NCBI GenBank assembly: GCA_002269645.1
Contig: NIVC01001597.1
Span: forward strand, 248,001 to 312,000
From: Macrostomum lignano
Lineage: Eukaryota
Direction of reading: 5' to 3'
Length of the DNA: 64,000 nt
Shown here piece by piece: positions 50,057-61,404 of the stretch (the stretch's first letter is position 1; every line of letters begins with the position of its first letter). The translations under genes were made by a program, and so were the position numbers. The notes under the pieces were generated by a model. The model was not told the origin of the DNA, searched no databases, and worked only from the letters and a program-made list of their open reading frames with translations.

Positions 50057-51378
50057 CAGTGTTGGGCAAAGTTCCGGCACTTCCGGCACTTTTAGTACCG
50101 GAAGTTACTTTTTCTTTAAAGCGGCACTTTTTTCTAGTTCTTTTTTTTAGAATGCCGGACTTCGGTAATGGAAGTTACTTTTTGATAAGTCCGGTCCTCC
50201 GGTACTTGAACATGAATTTTTTGGTGCTAAACAGTCAATTTAATGCTAAATATTTCCCAAAAGCGCAAAACTTTCACCAAAATGCTCGCAGTACAGTTAT
50301 AAAAGGTAAAAGATGATCCTAGATCATGTGGTTTTTAATTTTCAAGTTAAAGGACATTTTAAGCATTATATACAATCAGAATGAAGTATGTGTAGTTAAT
50401 GGCAACTACTAATGCGGAAACAAGATACATTCAAAACAATAAACATCCTTGTTTAACAACTCCTTGCAAGTTTTCTAACAAGCAATAACTACACGTAACA
50501 GTACATCAGGATGCTATTAACACTCGTGATTCGTGGAACATTTTTTGAAGGCCGATTTCTTCATTTCGATGTTTGTGCAGGAAGACACAAGTAATGCATT
50601 CTAAGAAGCTGGTTTTAAGTTTTAAATTTTTTGAGGCTAATTTTAATTTTTTGATTGCAGCGCAAAGGCACTATTTAATCAAGCTATTTTAAAGTCTTGT
50701 ACATTGGTTCATCTATCAAATTCCAGCCATTTGTTGTTCAACATCTTCTTTTTTAATTGTTAACTGGCATTTCTTAGGCTGCCAGAATATTATTTTTGAC
50801 TATAAATGATCCAGCGGTACAAAAGTACTTACACTACTGTAAAAGTATGCTGCCGTAAAACTATAGCACAATCTATAGTAGGGCGACGAGAATGGCCCAC
50901 ACAAACTAAAAGTCGCCTTAAGTATTCTACACTGATCATTGTGACACATCTATTGGACAAAAATTACTTCTCAAGAGTCAGAATCAACATTTGAAAATCG
51001 GCCTCCAATTTTTTTCTGCGAATCGCGAGTGATTCATCCTGATGTACTCCTAATCTTTTTTGTAAAGGTGTTGTATATTCACTCAAATTTTGGATGCGAT
51101 AATAACAAAAAACATTATGTAGCATCTTTATTTGAGGAATAACATCGTGTTTAACTCAAGACCAACACATTTTTTGTTTTTCTCACGAAGACATGTTTAG
51201 GCGTAAGTACTTTTTAATTGGCGGTTATTTAAAATTAGAAAGGACCGGTAACGGAAGTACCGGAAGTTACTTTTTTTAAAAAGTACTGGTACCAGAACAA
51301 GTGTTAGAAGTTACTTTCCTTGGAACTGGAAGTTACTTCACCGGAAGTTACTTTTTCAGAGTAACTTGCCCAACACTG
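50057..51378. mobile_element. Non-autonomous hAT element
   Basis: TIR CAGTGTTGGGCAA / TTGCCCAACACTG (related to 11937-12817), 8-bp TSD GTTGTAAG, subterminal AAGTTACT repeats. Confidence 0.88.
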
Positions 51379-52612
51379 GTTGTAAGCCCAATATTCTAAC
51401 AAACTAGGCCTATTAAGCTACAACATCTTATTTACAATGTACTTCAAGTAAGATTGAAGGTCTGCTGGATCTAAAGATCTTTGTTAATTATTTTTCAAAT
51501 ATTAAATTCCTTTACTGGCTTTAGAATAAAGCAATTTCCTAACCAAAATAGGCCTATATGCTATAGTTTGGAAGGCAACATGTATGCTAAGATAGGATTT
51601 CCTGGCAAACAACAAAGGTTTTACTATTTTTCAGTATATATCAGGGTATATCCAAACATACATGATATAGTAGATAGATACACTGAATTTGCATTTTTGA
51701 ATTGGCATATAAACCTAGCATACAAATGATGTCGTGTCATTTTTTTAGCATTAAACCTAGCATACACTAATAAATACACAATCCAAACAATGGCTTATAT
51801 ACCTTATAGTTTGGAAGGCAATATGTATACTGGGACTTCACAGCATACAATAAGGCCATAAGGGTAGAGGGTACTTGTCATTTTTCAATGTATATTAGCA
51901 TATATTCTAGCATACATGACATAATAGAAAATTTTCAGCTCATATCTATGGTATACCTGTGTAGATAGATGTTAGGATCCAATAAAGTGATTTTATAGCC
52001 TATAGGCCTAAATTATGCTATATGCAATGCTGCAATGCAACATTGTCAACAAGGTACAAGGAATAAAAAACTTTACCTCATGCCTAAAAATTGCTTTTCC
52101 TTAATTTTTAACAAATAGGCCCCCTATAAAAAGTATTTAAAGTAGGCCCCTAATTATAATTTTCCTCCCATGGCACTGGATCTAGTATACTGTGTATATA
52201 GGCTACACTAATACATGATCTAAACTATAGTATATAGGCCTACCATCAGAAAAAACTCTAATTGAATGGCATAAGTTTGGGGAAATTAGTTAAGCCTTCT
52301 TTGAAATCAATTATAGACACCTATACTAGATAACGATAGAATCATTTTATGATATGGATTTTTAGTATAGGTCCCCTTATGGTCATATGGATACTCAGTG
52401 GCGCGTCCAGGGGGGCCTGCCCCCCCCCCAATTAGGCCACGGGCCCCTGGCACTCCACTTTCAGTTTTTTTCACTTTGGATTTTCCTAAAAATAGTTTAA
52501 AAAACAGTTTTTTCTTTTTTACAATTTCAATTTTAGAAACAATATTTTTATACGAGCACTTGTAAGCTGTTGAAACCTGCGGATCTTTGTGGCAGTCGGG
52601 TTGCCACCTTGA

Positions 52613-55600
52613 GGGTGATTCTCATCGAGAGGTTTCGGAGGTTTTGAGGTTTTTCAGAGGTTTCATTTCGAACAAATATTTTTGCACAAAAATTTTAATA
52701 CTGTACAAAAATTGAAATCTTACTGAAATTTACTAATGAATACAAATTTTCTTTAGAAAATAGCTCGGAGGTTTCAGATTCTTTTTAATTTTGCTTCTGA
52801 TAGGCATGCGCGAAAATTATTTAACTGTTTTTGTGCGAAGTGGTAGTCTGACACATTTCATTTCATTTCATAAGCGCAAAGTTGCGAATCGTCACAAGTG
52901 TGTGTTGTTCCCTTTCAATGCATATTTGTAACTATCCTAATTTCTACTAGACCTGTCCATGTAATTAAATACAGACACTATTTACCAATGCGAATTTAAT
53001 ATTGTTTTCTACTTGGTCTTAAGAAAGCTATCAATTTTTAAGCCAGACTTAAATTATGACTAACACTAACAAGACCAAGTCAGTATTTTTTTCATCAAAT
53101 CAGTATCAGTCGCTATTTAATATAGATTGTTAGTCTAACTAACTAAAGGCCCTAAATATTTTACTAGGCATATTTAATGCAAAATGTATTATTTTTATTT
53201 CACTTATTTGATATTCTTTTTTTATTTTACATCCAAATTACTAAAAAATTATTTTTATTTGATATTATTTTACTATTTTTAAATCATCATCCTAAATCCT
53301 AACACACTATGCACAGGATAAAAATATTTATTACCTAAGACTAAGTCTCTAATCCTAGTGAATAATTCTCTTCACCAGGCTTTAAAAATGGCAATTTTTT
53401 TATTTGATTGCTCTACCACTACGTATAAATTTGAAAGCTCTAATGAACTGAAATTTTTACTTTTTAATTTTAATTATAATTTAATAATAGCTATTTATAT
53501 TCAGTTATAATTTAAGTTGATATAGGTGAGTACAATTTCTATTACTCTTATACATTAGTAACTTGCTTTAGTTTTTGTCTTTTTATGCAAATATTCAAAG
53601 TAAATAGTAGCTTGTACTTATGTATGCCTAGTTATCACATTTTTATTAAGTTTTTAATTTACTTTATAAGTGAATTGTTTTAATATTAAACCAATATACT
53701 CTCTTATCATTCACAGTAGTTATCATGCCAATGAAATGCATTGTGCCAACCATGTTGGGGAGAAGGTTATAAATCTTTAGATTTTCTTATGATGTTAAGT
53801 ACTTACACTACATCCATATACTAAAATGTAAGACTAACATTGTATTCCTTTATCAATCATGCCATCTTTCCTGAGCCCATCAAACTATGGGAATTCGTGC
53901 AAAGCAATGGCCTACTAAAATACCATTGCACAAGATAATATGCTTCTAGAAGTCGATTAAATTAATCCACCAAGTGTCTTTCTTGACACCCCAAGGTCTT
54001 CACTACATTTGACTGCAACAAGTGAGTAAATTTTCTAAATGCTGTCTTTCCAATATACATGTTATGAGGATCAAGGGTAGCTGAAAGCAAAGGCCAATGG
54101 TTAGGGCAAGAGATGACATTCATACATGCTACATGGCTAGTGTCCCTAAATTCCTAATGGCGCGATTTTCAGCAAAAGTTATGGCATGACCTTTCAGGGA
54201 AGTTCATTCCAATGATTAGACAGATAAAATTCCTCATTTCACTATTACCCATTACAGGACATTTTGGTGCAGCTCGACTTCAGCGTTGTTGCTCATCATT
54301 GCAGCACTCGAGTCCCATTGTCGCATTTTTGGGCTTCCAGCATCAACTGGTTCGATAGTCTCAATTGGAGGCCATGAAAAGCAATGTCAGGCATGCTGGT
54401 GCCAATCTTGGAGAGGAATTTGCAGCCCACCTGATTGCCCTGCGGGAATTGTGTCAAGGGAACTCACACCAAGCATTTTTGTCCAGCAGCAGCAGCAGCC
54501 GAGTGCTACTGATCCAAATGGAACTCACTACAACTGACATAATGCGACTGCCCGATTGCACTTTGCTGGCCGTAGCGGAAACGGCGCACTGGAGAAGCAT
54601 CGCCCATGTTCCTCACCCTACAATATTGAGGTCTCGATCACCTCAGTGGTCTTGACGATGTAGGATGCATCTTCATAGACATGTCATTGAACCTGGAGTG
54701 CTATGCTGCATCTCAAAAGGCTGGCTAACGTTTTTTCAAGGGTTTAGTGCGGCGAGACTCCAAGTCTGATAGATAACCCAATGTCAGCCAGCGTGGAACT
54801 TGATACAAGCAAACGAGCTTCACGGTAGTTGCCAATTGGCCTTGCCTTATTTTTTTAGGCCTTACATTTTTAAAACATCGAACATTGCAAGAATGCATTT
54901 CAAAAACAAAGAAGGAACGTTTTGTATTTTCTCTATCAGTATGTATATTTATCTATACATTGCTGTTACATTACCTAAATACGCTATATTATAAATATTC
55001 TTTGAGAGTCAAATCAAAACAGTTTAAAAGTTCACATTTCAGATCTTTACATGAGAGAATATAAGTCTTTGCTTGTTATTTACTCAGATGAAAGTGAAGT
55101 TCTTAACTTTGGGAGTTAATACACATATTAAAGACGATGCCTGCAAAAACGAAGGCTGTAGTGCGTCAGCCAGCAAGCAGTTGAAGAACTTCAGTCACTC
55201 ATCTCGAAGGCAGTGCGCAGTAGATTAGCCCCTAGGCTGTCGGTTGATGTCATCTGATTAGTAGCTAGAGCACAGCCATCTTCTGTATGCTGACAACCAA
55301 ACCAATTGCCACCACAAAAGCAACCAGCCTGCCAAAGCTCTAAGGGTGGCGAGCTAGGTTGCACTGAGACGCAACATAAGTGGGTATAGGACATGGAATG
55401 CCATAATGCCTGTTATTAGATTAGACAAACATGAAGCATTGTTGGCCTGTACAGGCTCAGAATGCAGGCAGGAGACCAGGCAAGCGGTAGTTCAGGCATG
55501 GTATTGGCAGCTGAAACAAAGTATGTTGAAATAAAAGGTATTAATTATAATTACTTTTATCTATAACTTTTCATAAACAATCAATTTCAAAAGTCAATAA

Positions 55601-56567
55601 ACATAATGATTTTCCTATACATGTACATTTGTTCTTGCAATCTTTAAAGATGCCAATAATACATTTATATTGAAGAAATTATGATATTTTTAAATAAACA
55701 ATGTCAAAAATGTGTCCAATGTGACTTTTTAGTTTTAACTCTAGTAAAAATATTGGTATCGGCTATCTAGCTTATTGCTCAACATAGATTTTTAGCATCA
55801 AACAAAGGTGGTGCAATACATGTACAAAGTCTTACTGCAAGCATTTTGTTTGTATAAGAACTAAATCTAAGGTGTTAGAGCTTTTGTCAGCAGTAGCAGT
55901 TGTGCAACTAGTGTTATTTTTTGAGAGAAAAGCTAATAGCTTTTAGTAATTAAAATAAATTTTATGATTAAAAGTTAAATGCTCTGCTTTAAGTAATAAA
56001 AATGCATACTTGTAATTCTAGGCCATCATATATTTATAAAAAAACATTGAGACAAGAATAATTCTTCTATTTACTTCTCTTAGGCAGTATGTATGCAGGT
56101 CGTCAATGTCATTACATAATTCGAATGCAAAATGGTATGCAGCACACTGCACTCAAAAGTAAAAACAGGAAATGGATGAAACAGCTGTCTATTTGTTTTC
56201 AGTATATTTCAAGCAGCGCCTTCAAGTCGAATATTTTTTATTTTATTTTTGCACCTTGAATGTAAATGCCAATGGCAACGATGACATTACCAGTGTGTTG
56301 TGTTGCGTGCAGTGTTTTTAAAAAAACTGCACTTTCAAGCATAAAATAGTTGCCTAAGTTAAATAATTTCCGCGCGTGCCTATCAGAAGAAAAATTAAAA
56401 ATAATCCGAAACCTCCGAGCTATTTTCTAAAGAAAATTTGTATTCATTAGTAAATTTCAGTAAGATTTCAATTTTTGTACAGTATTAAAATTTTTGTGCA
56501 AATATATTTCGAAATGAAACCTCTGAAAAACCTCAAAACCTCCGAAACCTCTCGATGAGAATCACCC
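52613..56567. mobile_element. Mutator-like element (MULE), 3,955 bp, with degenerate interior
   Basis: About 215-bp highly similar TIRs starting GGGTGATTCTC; 9-bp TSD CCACCTTGA (52604-52612, 56568-56576); possible SWIM-like CxC...CxH remnant near 54390-54440. Confidence 0.85.
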
Positions 56568-58807
56568 CCACCTTGATTTAGGAATTCGTAATTATTATTT
56601 TTCGTTCAATTTTACTAAATTTTTGGAAATTAATCGTGTGCCCCAAAACACTCGGAAATTTTCGCGTAATTTTTTCAATGGTTGTTATTTTCGTCATTTT
56701 TTTTTCACAGGTTGTCCTCTCGTCCCAATTTTCGTTCCTCCCATCTGTCCCACCTTTGGAGCGATGTTTCCCCACTCTTGTTTGTTTTCTTTCCGGTTTT
56801 TTTTCTGCGCTACCGCCTCTGCCAACCTTGTGCCCACTCCCTTGCCCAACCCGCTGCCCAGCTGCCCGTCCAAGCTTCGCCCCTGTTGTTGTTTATTTTG
56901 CTATCTATTTATTTTTCATGTTTCTAACGCTACTGCAAAGCGGTCCGCCCCCCCCCCCCCCGGATCGACTGACTGATTGACCGACCCCTTAGTAATATAT
57001 TTTAAAAGGCGTACAAGCCGTATCTTAATCTCTTAGTGCACCACGGCTCTGTTCGAGGAATTATATTCGTCGTACCTAAATAACTTTTACCTGCCTGCTA
57101 AACTATAATCTTCTATAACAATAATATTCAGTTCAGCAATAATAATAATAATAATAATCGAAAATATTGTTTCATAACTAATTCACTAAGCCTATTAGCC
57201 TATCTTGAGTTATTTGCCCACGGGGCGTAAAACAAACCGAAGTCTCATCTCAAAGAAAGCTCTGAGACCATTAGACGTTCCGTAATACGTAAATTACGGT
57301 GGTGGCAGCAACTACCCTACTGAAAGTAACAAGTTCAACTCATCGACGCATTAATTTACGGAGTCAGAATCTCCTGTGTTTCTGCAACTGAACGACCGTG
57401 CCGCTCTACGACCGCTCCGCTACGATTACAACTACCCTCCCCCCGGACTTGAGAACCCGGCTGTCGGAGTAAAAGGAGAAGAAAATTTCGTTGAGATTCG
57501 TCTGCGCTAGTTTTCCGGCTTTATTCGTGCTTCAACAACGCCGGCGGCAATTCAAACGAGGAATCCGCCCCACCTCACTGGTGTCAGCAAATTTTCAAAA
57601 CCCGACCGAACTAAAAAAAATTCTTCTCCACCCCCGCCTCATCTTGAACGATGTTCTTACAAGCGGCAAATAAACAAAAACCTTGTTGAATTTTTCATGG
57701 CGCAACTGAAAAATGCCATACAACAAAAACTAGCAAACGTGATACCTAGTATCGCTCTGATTTGTTTATATAGCTAATAATATTTGTGCTTTCGGTGTTT
57801 TTAATTCTTTAATACAAACGGTTTTGTGACAGTGTAATTCGTAATTTCGTAGAAGCATCGGTATCGTATTTCTTTATCTCATTTGCATACCGTACTACTA
57901 GTACTGTATTCTTTCATTTATTCTAACAATATTCCATACGTATTATTATCGCTCTTCTGTTACTGTTAAATGCCTTATTTTTTGTAGCCTCTCTCGTATG
58001 TATTTATTCATATTTATTATTTGTATTTCATTCATAATCGTTATTATTTCTCGTAAAGTAGTTTCATCTATGTACATGTACTGACGTTATGATATTCTTG
58101 CACGATATATTTTATCGATTAATTTGTACATGTACATTGCGCGTGGGGGGCCTGTCTGGCTTTTCGATTAGTGGTGTTGTCGTTATCTGTTTACCTACCA
58201 ATTAAATATATGCTTACACTGCAGTCGCGGCCGCTCTCGCCCTTCCCTCCCTCGTTGCTTCGCTCCTCGCTCTAGGCTCGCGAACCCCTTAGCTATCCGG
58301 CCTCCTTGCCTCAACTCTTCCGCCGCCTACCTCGGCCCACCAATTATTAATCAACTGATCCCGATCCTAGCAATTTTCTATATATCTAAATCTGCTGTCT
58401 TAAGTACAATCTAATTACCCGCTGCACAAAACCGTCTTCCCGCCTTTATTCGTCACAGTTTGTTAGTAGCCCGGTATCTGGAAAAACAGGCGCCACAAAA
58501 CTTGACAGTCCGATCTTTACCTCGACCCGAAAGTGAGATTCCAGCGCCGGTTCCTCACAGGGACTTCGCATGTGACATAGCTGGACATACGACATGTTAT
58601 CACGTCACCTGTCTCCCAGCCAGGTTTATATATTTTTCAGCTGCTACTGCCATACAGTGCATATAAATCATCCCACTCTATAGCTAGTTTGTAGGGATTT
58701 AAATGAATAAGGCGTAAAGGCGGTGGTTCTCAATATTATTGCTAATAAGATAGGTTTGTAAGATAGGTCGAAGAAGAAACTGCATGCAACCGTTTGATTG
58801 CGGGTGC

Positions 58808-58930
58808 TTTATATTTATAGCTTTCTCATGGAACATTCTGGAAGAGGGAGTTTTCTAGAAAGAGTTCGCGCGGGAATTCAAGTTACTATATTTAGAATCA
58901 TATACGGTATAGCGAGGAAATTTCTAGAAT
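58808..58930 (-). promoter_or_regulatory. Heat-shock-type promoter: three HSE clusters plus TATA box
   Basis: Perfect GAAnnTTCnnGAA at 58831-58843 and 58917-58929, TTCtaGAA at 58853-58860; minus-strand TATAAATATAAAG at about 58819-58807; Inr-like GCAGTT about 30 nt downstream. Confidence 0.65.
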
Positions 58931-59894
58931 GAAATGTTTACTGCATGAATGGTCTAAAAGTTTTGCACAGCTAGGTTTAGTACAAGGTCACTATAAGTTC
59001 TTAACCAGGTGCCACAAAGATTAACAGTCGCCTTGACATGTAACTTTACATTTGCTTTCTTAAAACTGCTTTGATATTCGAGAAAGAAACTATTTTACTA
59101 GGAAACTGCTACTACAGTGACAGGCAGAATTGATAAACTCAGAGAAAGGCAAATAAATTGTTACCGTTTTTATATGAATTATCCGTTATGGTCTGTGATG
59201 TGCACCCTATGCATGCACGTACATGCAGTTATCACACAGAAGGTATACACGAGCTACATGTACTTGCACACGTTTTACATGTTGTACATACATGCATGTA
59301 AGGCGGGTACAGCACGCCTGTGTAGCATGAGACAGACTAGGCCTACGGGCTAAGGTCTGCGATCCTACACACCTGCACCCCCTCTATTCTGGTGCAGGAA
59401 TGGCAGGAGAACTCTCTCCAAGCTGACTCGCAAGCCGACCCAGGGGTTCACGTCCCGCATGTGTTCAAGGCAGCTCTAGGGCTGCTGGACTGACTGGGCT
59501 CCGGCGGCGGCAACCCATCCGTGGCCTTTTGGCCAAATTGGGTACGGGCTCCGCCCGGAAGTGCACCTGTGCGTATCAGGTACCTCTGGCCACGGCTCTG
59601 AGGAACAGGTACCACCCTCTGACCTTAACAGGGTATGCGGCCAGTCCGCAGGCTCCGGAGGCAGTCCTCCTGCTTCCCTCAAGGGCCCAGTGTAGTACCG
59701 TGCTGATGGTCCTTTGGTTCGGCCTCTGGTTTTTCCAAGCCGGGCTCTTAGCCGGGGAGTTTCTCGGTTGCTAGCGGTCGGGCCGGTACGGGCTTAAGCC
59801 ACCCCCGGTCGCTACCTCTTGGCCTGGTTGTTGGGTTTGGGGTTTCGGCCCAGCGGCTTCTCACCTTCAGTCCCCACTCGCCTTTCAGCGACTC

Positions 59895-61336
59895 ATGGAG
59901 TATTCTTTTACCTCCGACACGTCCGAGGCTGCTGGAGCACCAACCGAGGTTGGCACCGCGGCCCAGCCGGACATTCGCAACACCGGAACCCCCGGTGCCT
60001 CTCAATCTGCCGCTGCCGCCGCTCAGGATAATACCGGAGTGGCTGGACAAGACAGCGGACCTCAGATTTCGAAAAAGAAGGCCCGTAGCATTGCTCGCTA
60101 CAAAGCCTTTCTCCAGCGCAAAGCTGAGGAACGGAGGAATGCGAAAGCCGCCCCTCCGGCCACCTCTGAGGAGGGTGCCGGTAACTCTGCGAACCCCGCG
60201 GAGGAGCCGACATCCGACAAGGGGGTGGACCCGCGCGCCGGTCTGATGCGTCAGGTGCCGCCGAAGCTCCTGGTGCGGCTGGCCCCTCCCGTGACCGGAC
60301 CTCTGCCCGTGTGGAAGCTCCCACGGTCGTGGAGGGATCCAAAGCGGGGGGCGCTGGCCAAACCACAAAGCCGAAGCGAACCTACGCGGCTATGGCCAAG
60401 AGGCAGCCGGCCCTGGTTATCCAAGGCCAGGAGACGCCTCTTACGGCCGAACAGCTCGACCTTATCTGGCGCAGGTTGGACTCCCACCTGGTCAAGATGG
60501 CCTTGAGCGGCACTACCATTCGAGTCCAAAAGACGAAAGTCGAGGACCAAGCCCTCTATATCCAGCCCGCCGACAGCCAGTCAGGACAGCAGCTCCTCGA
60601 GCTGCTGAAAACCTTCGACTGGGGTACGGAGCTGGAGAACCTGTTCATCTACAGGGAGGACGAGCGACCCCGGACACACCGGCACCGTGCCTGGATCCCG
60701 GCTCGCAGCTGCATCACCAAGGCCGACGAGCTGCGTCACCTGCTAGTGGCTTCCAACCCGGAGCTACCGGCCAACGGTGTCGTAGTTCACGAGACCATCT
60801 CCAAGCCGGGCGGAGACGGTTTCACGGCTATTCTTGGACTGTCGGACAGCTGGATGCTCCGCTACCCGGACATGTCCATCATCTCTGTCGGGCTGTTGCA
60901 GATTCAGCTCTTTAGCTTTGAGTCTGACGCCACCCGCCCACCGCCCCCGGAGAAGCGTAAGCGGGCAGTCGGGGGCTCTGCCGGGCGGAAACGCCCAGGA
61001 AAAGAAGCTCCCGGTCGTCACGACCCCTCCGAGGACGTGGACCCTGTCAGAGGGAAAGCCGCGAAAGCTGCAGCAACAGGCGGACGTGGAAAGGGCCGGA
61101 AACCCGCCCGGAACACTATCCGCTCTGGTCTGACTCAGCGCGCGAAGCAGCTGCTGGACACCGCCAAGGCCCCCAACCGCAGCCACCCCCAGCCCAGTGT
61201 CACCACTGCGGCTCCCCCGGAAAACCGGGCCGAGAGCGAGAATGCCGCCCAGGTAGCGACATCGCCCTCGACCATGGAATCCATCCGGGAGGAGCCCATG
61301 GAGCTGGAGCCTGGAGCTATTGGCGAGGCAGAATAG
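59895..61336 (+). CDS. LINE ORF1 protein
   Basis: ORFs 59895.. and 60311..61336 join if one G is added to the G5 run at 60221-60225; low-complexity N-terminus and a central folded domain. Confidence 0.7.
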
Positions 61337-61404
61337 GCAGCTCTCCTGCACAACTCGCCTTGAGCCGGCAGGAAGCTGCGCGGACCACTCCTGGAATCCC
61401 CGGA

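Noticed and set aside
52396-56965. Outer MITE (CAGTGGCGCGTCCAGGGG ... CCCCGGATCGACTGACTG) enclosing the MULE
   Set aside because: Ends only loosely complementary and no TSD found.
59300-59360. HDV-like ribozyme at the LINE 5' end (CC-TACG-GG-CTAA resembles P4/J4-2)
   Set aside because: Could not find the P1, P3 and P1.1 pairings by eye; needs a covariance-model search.
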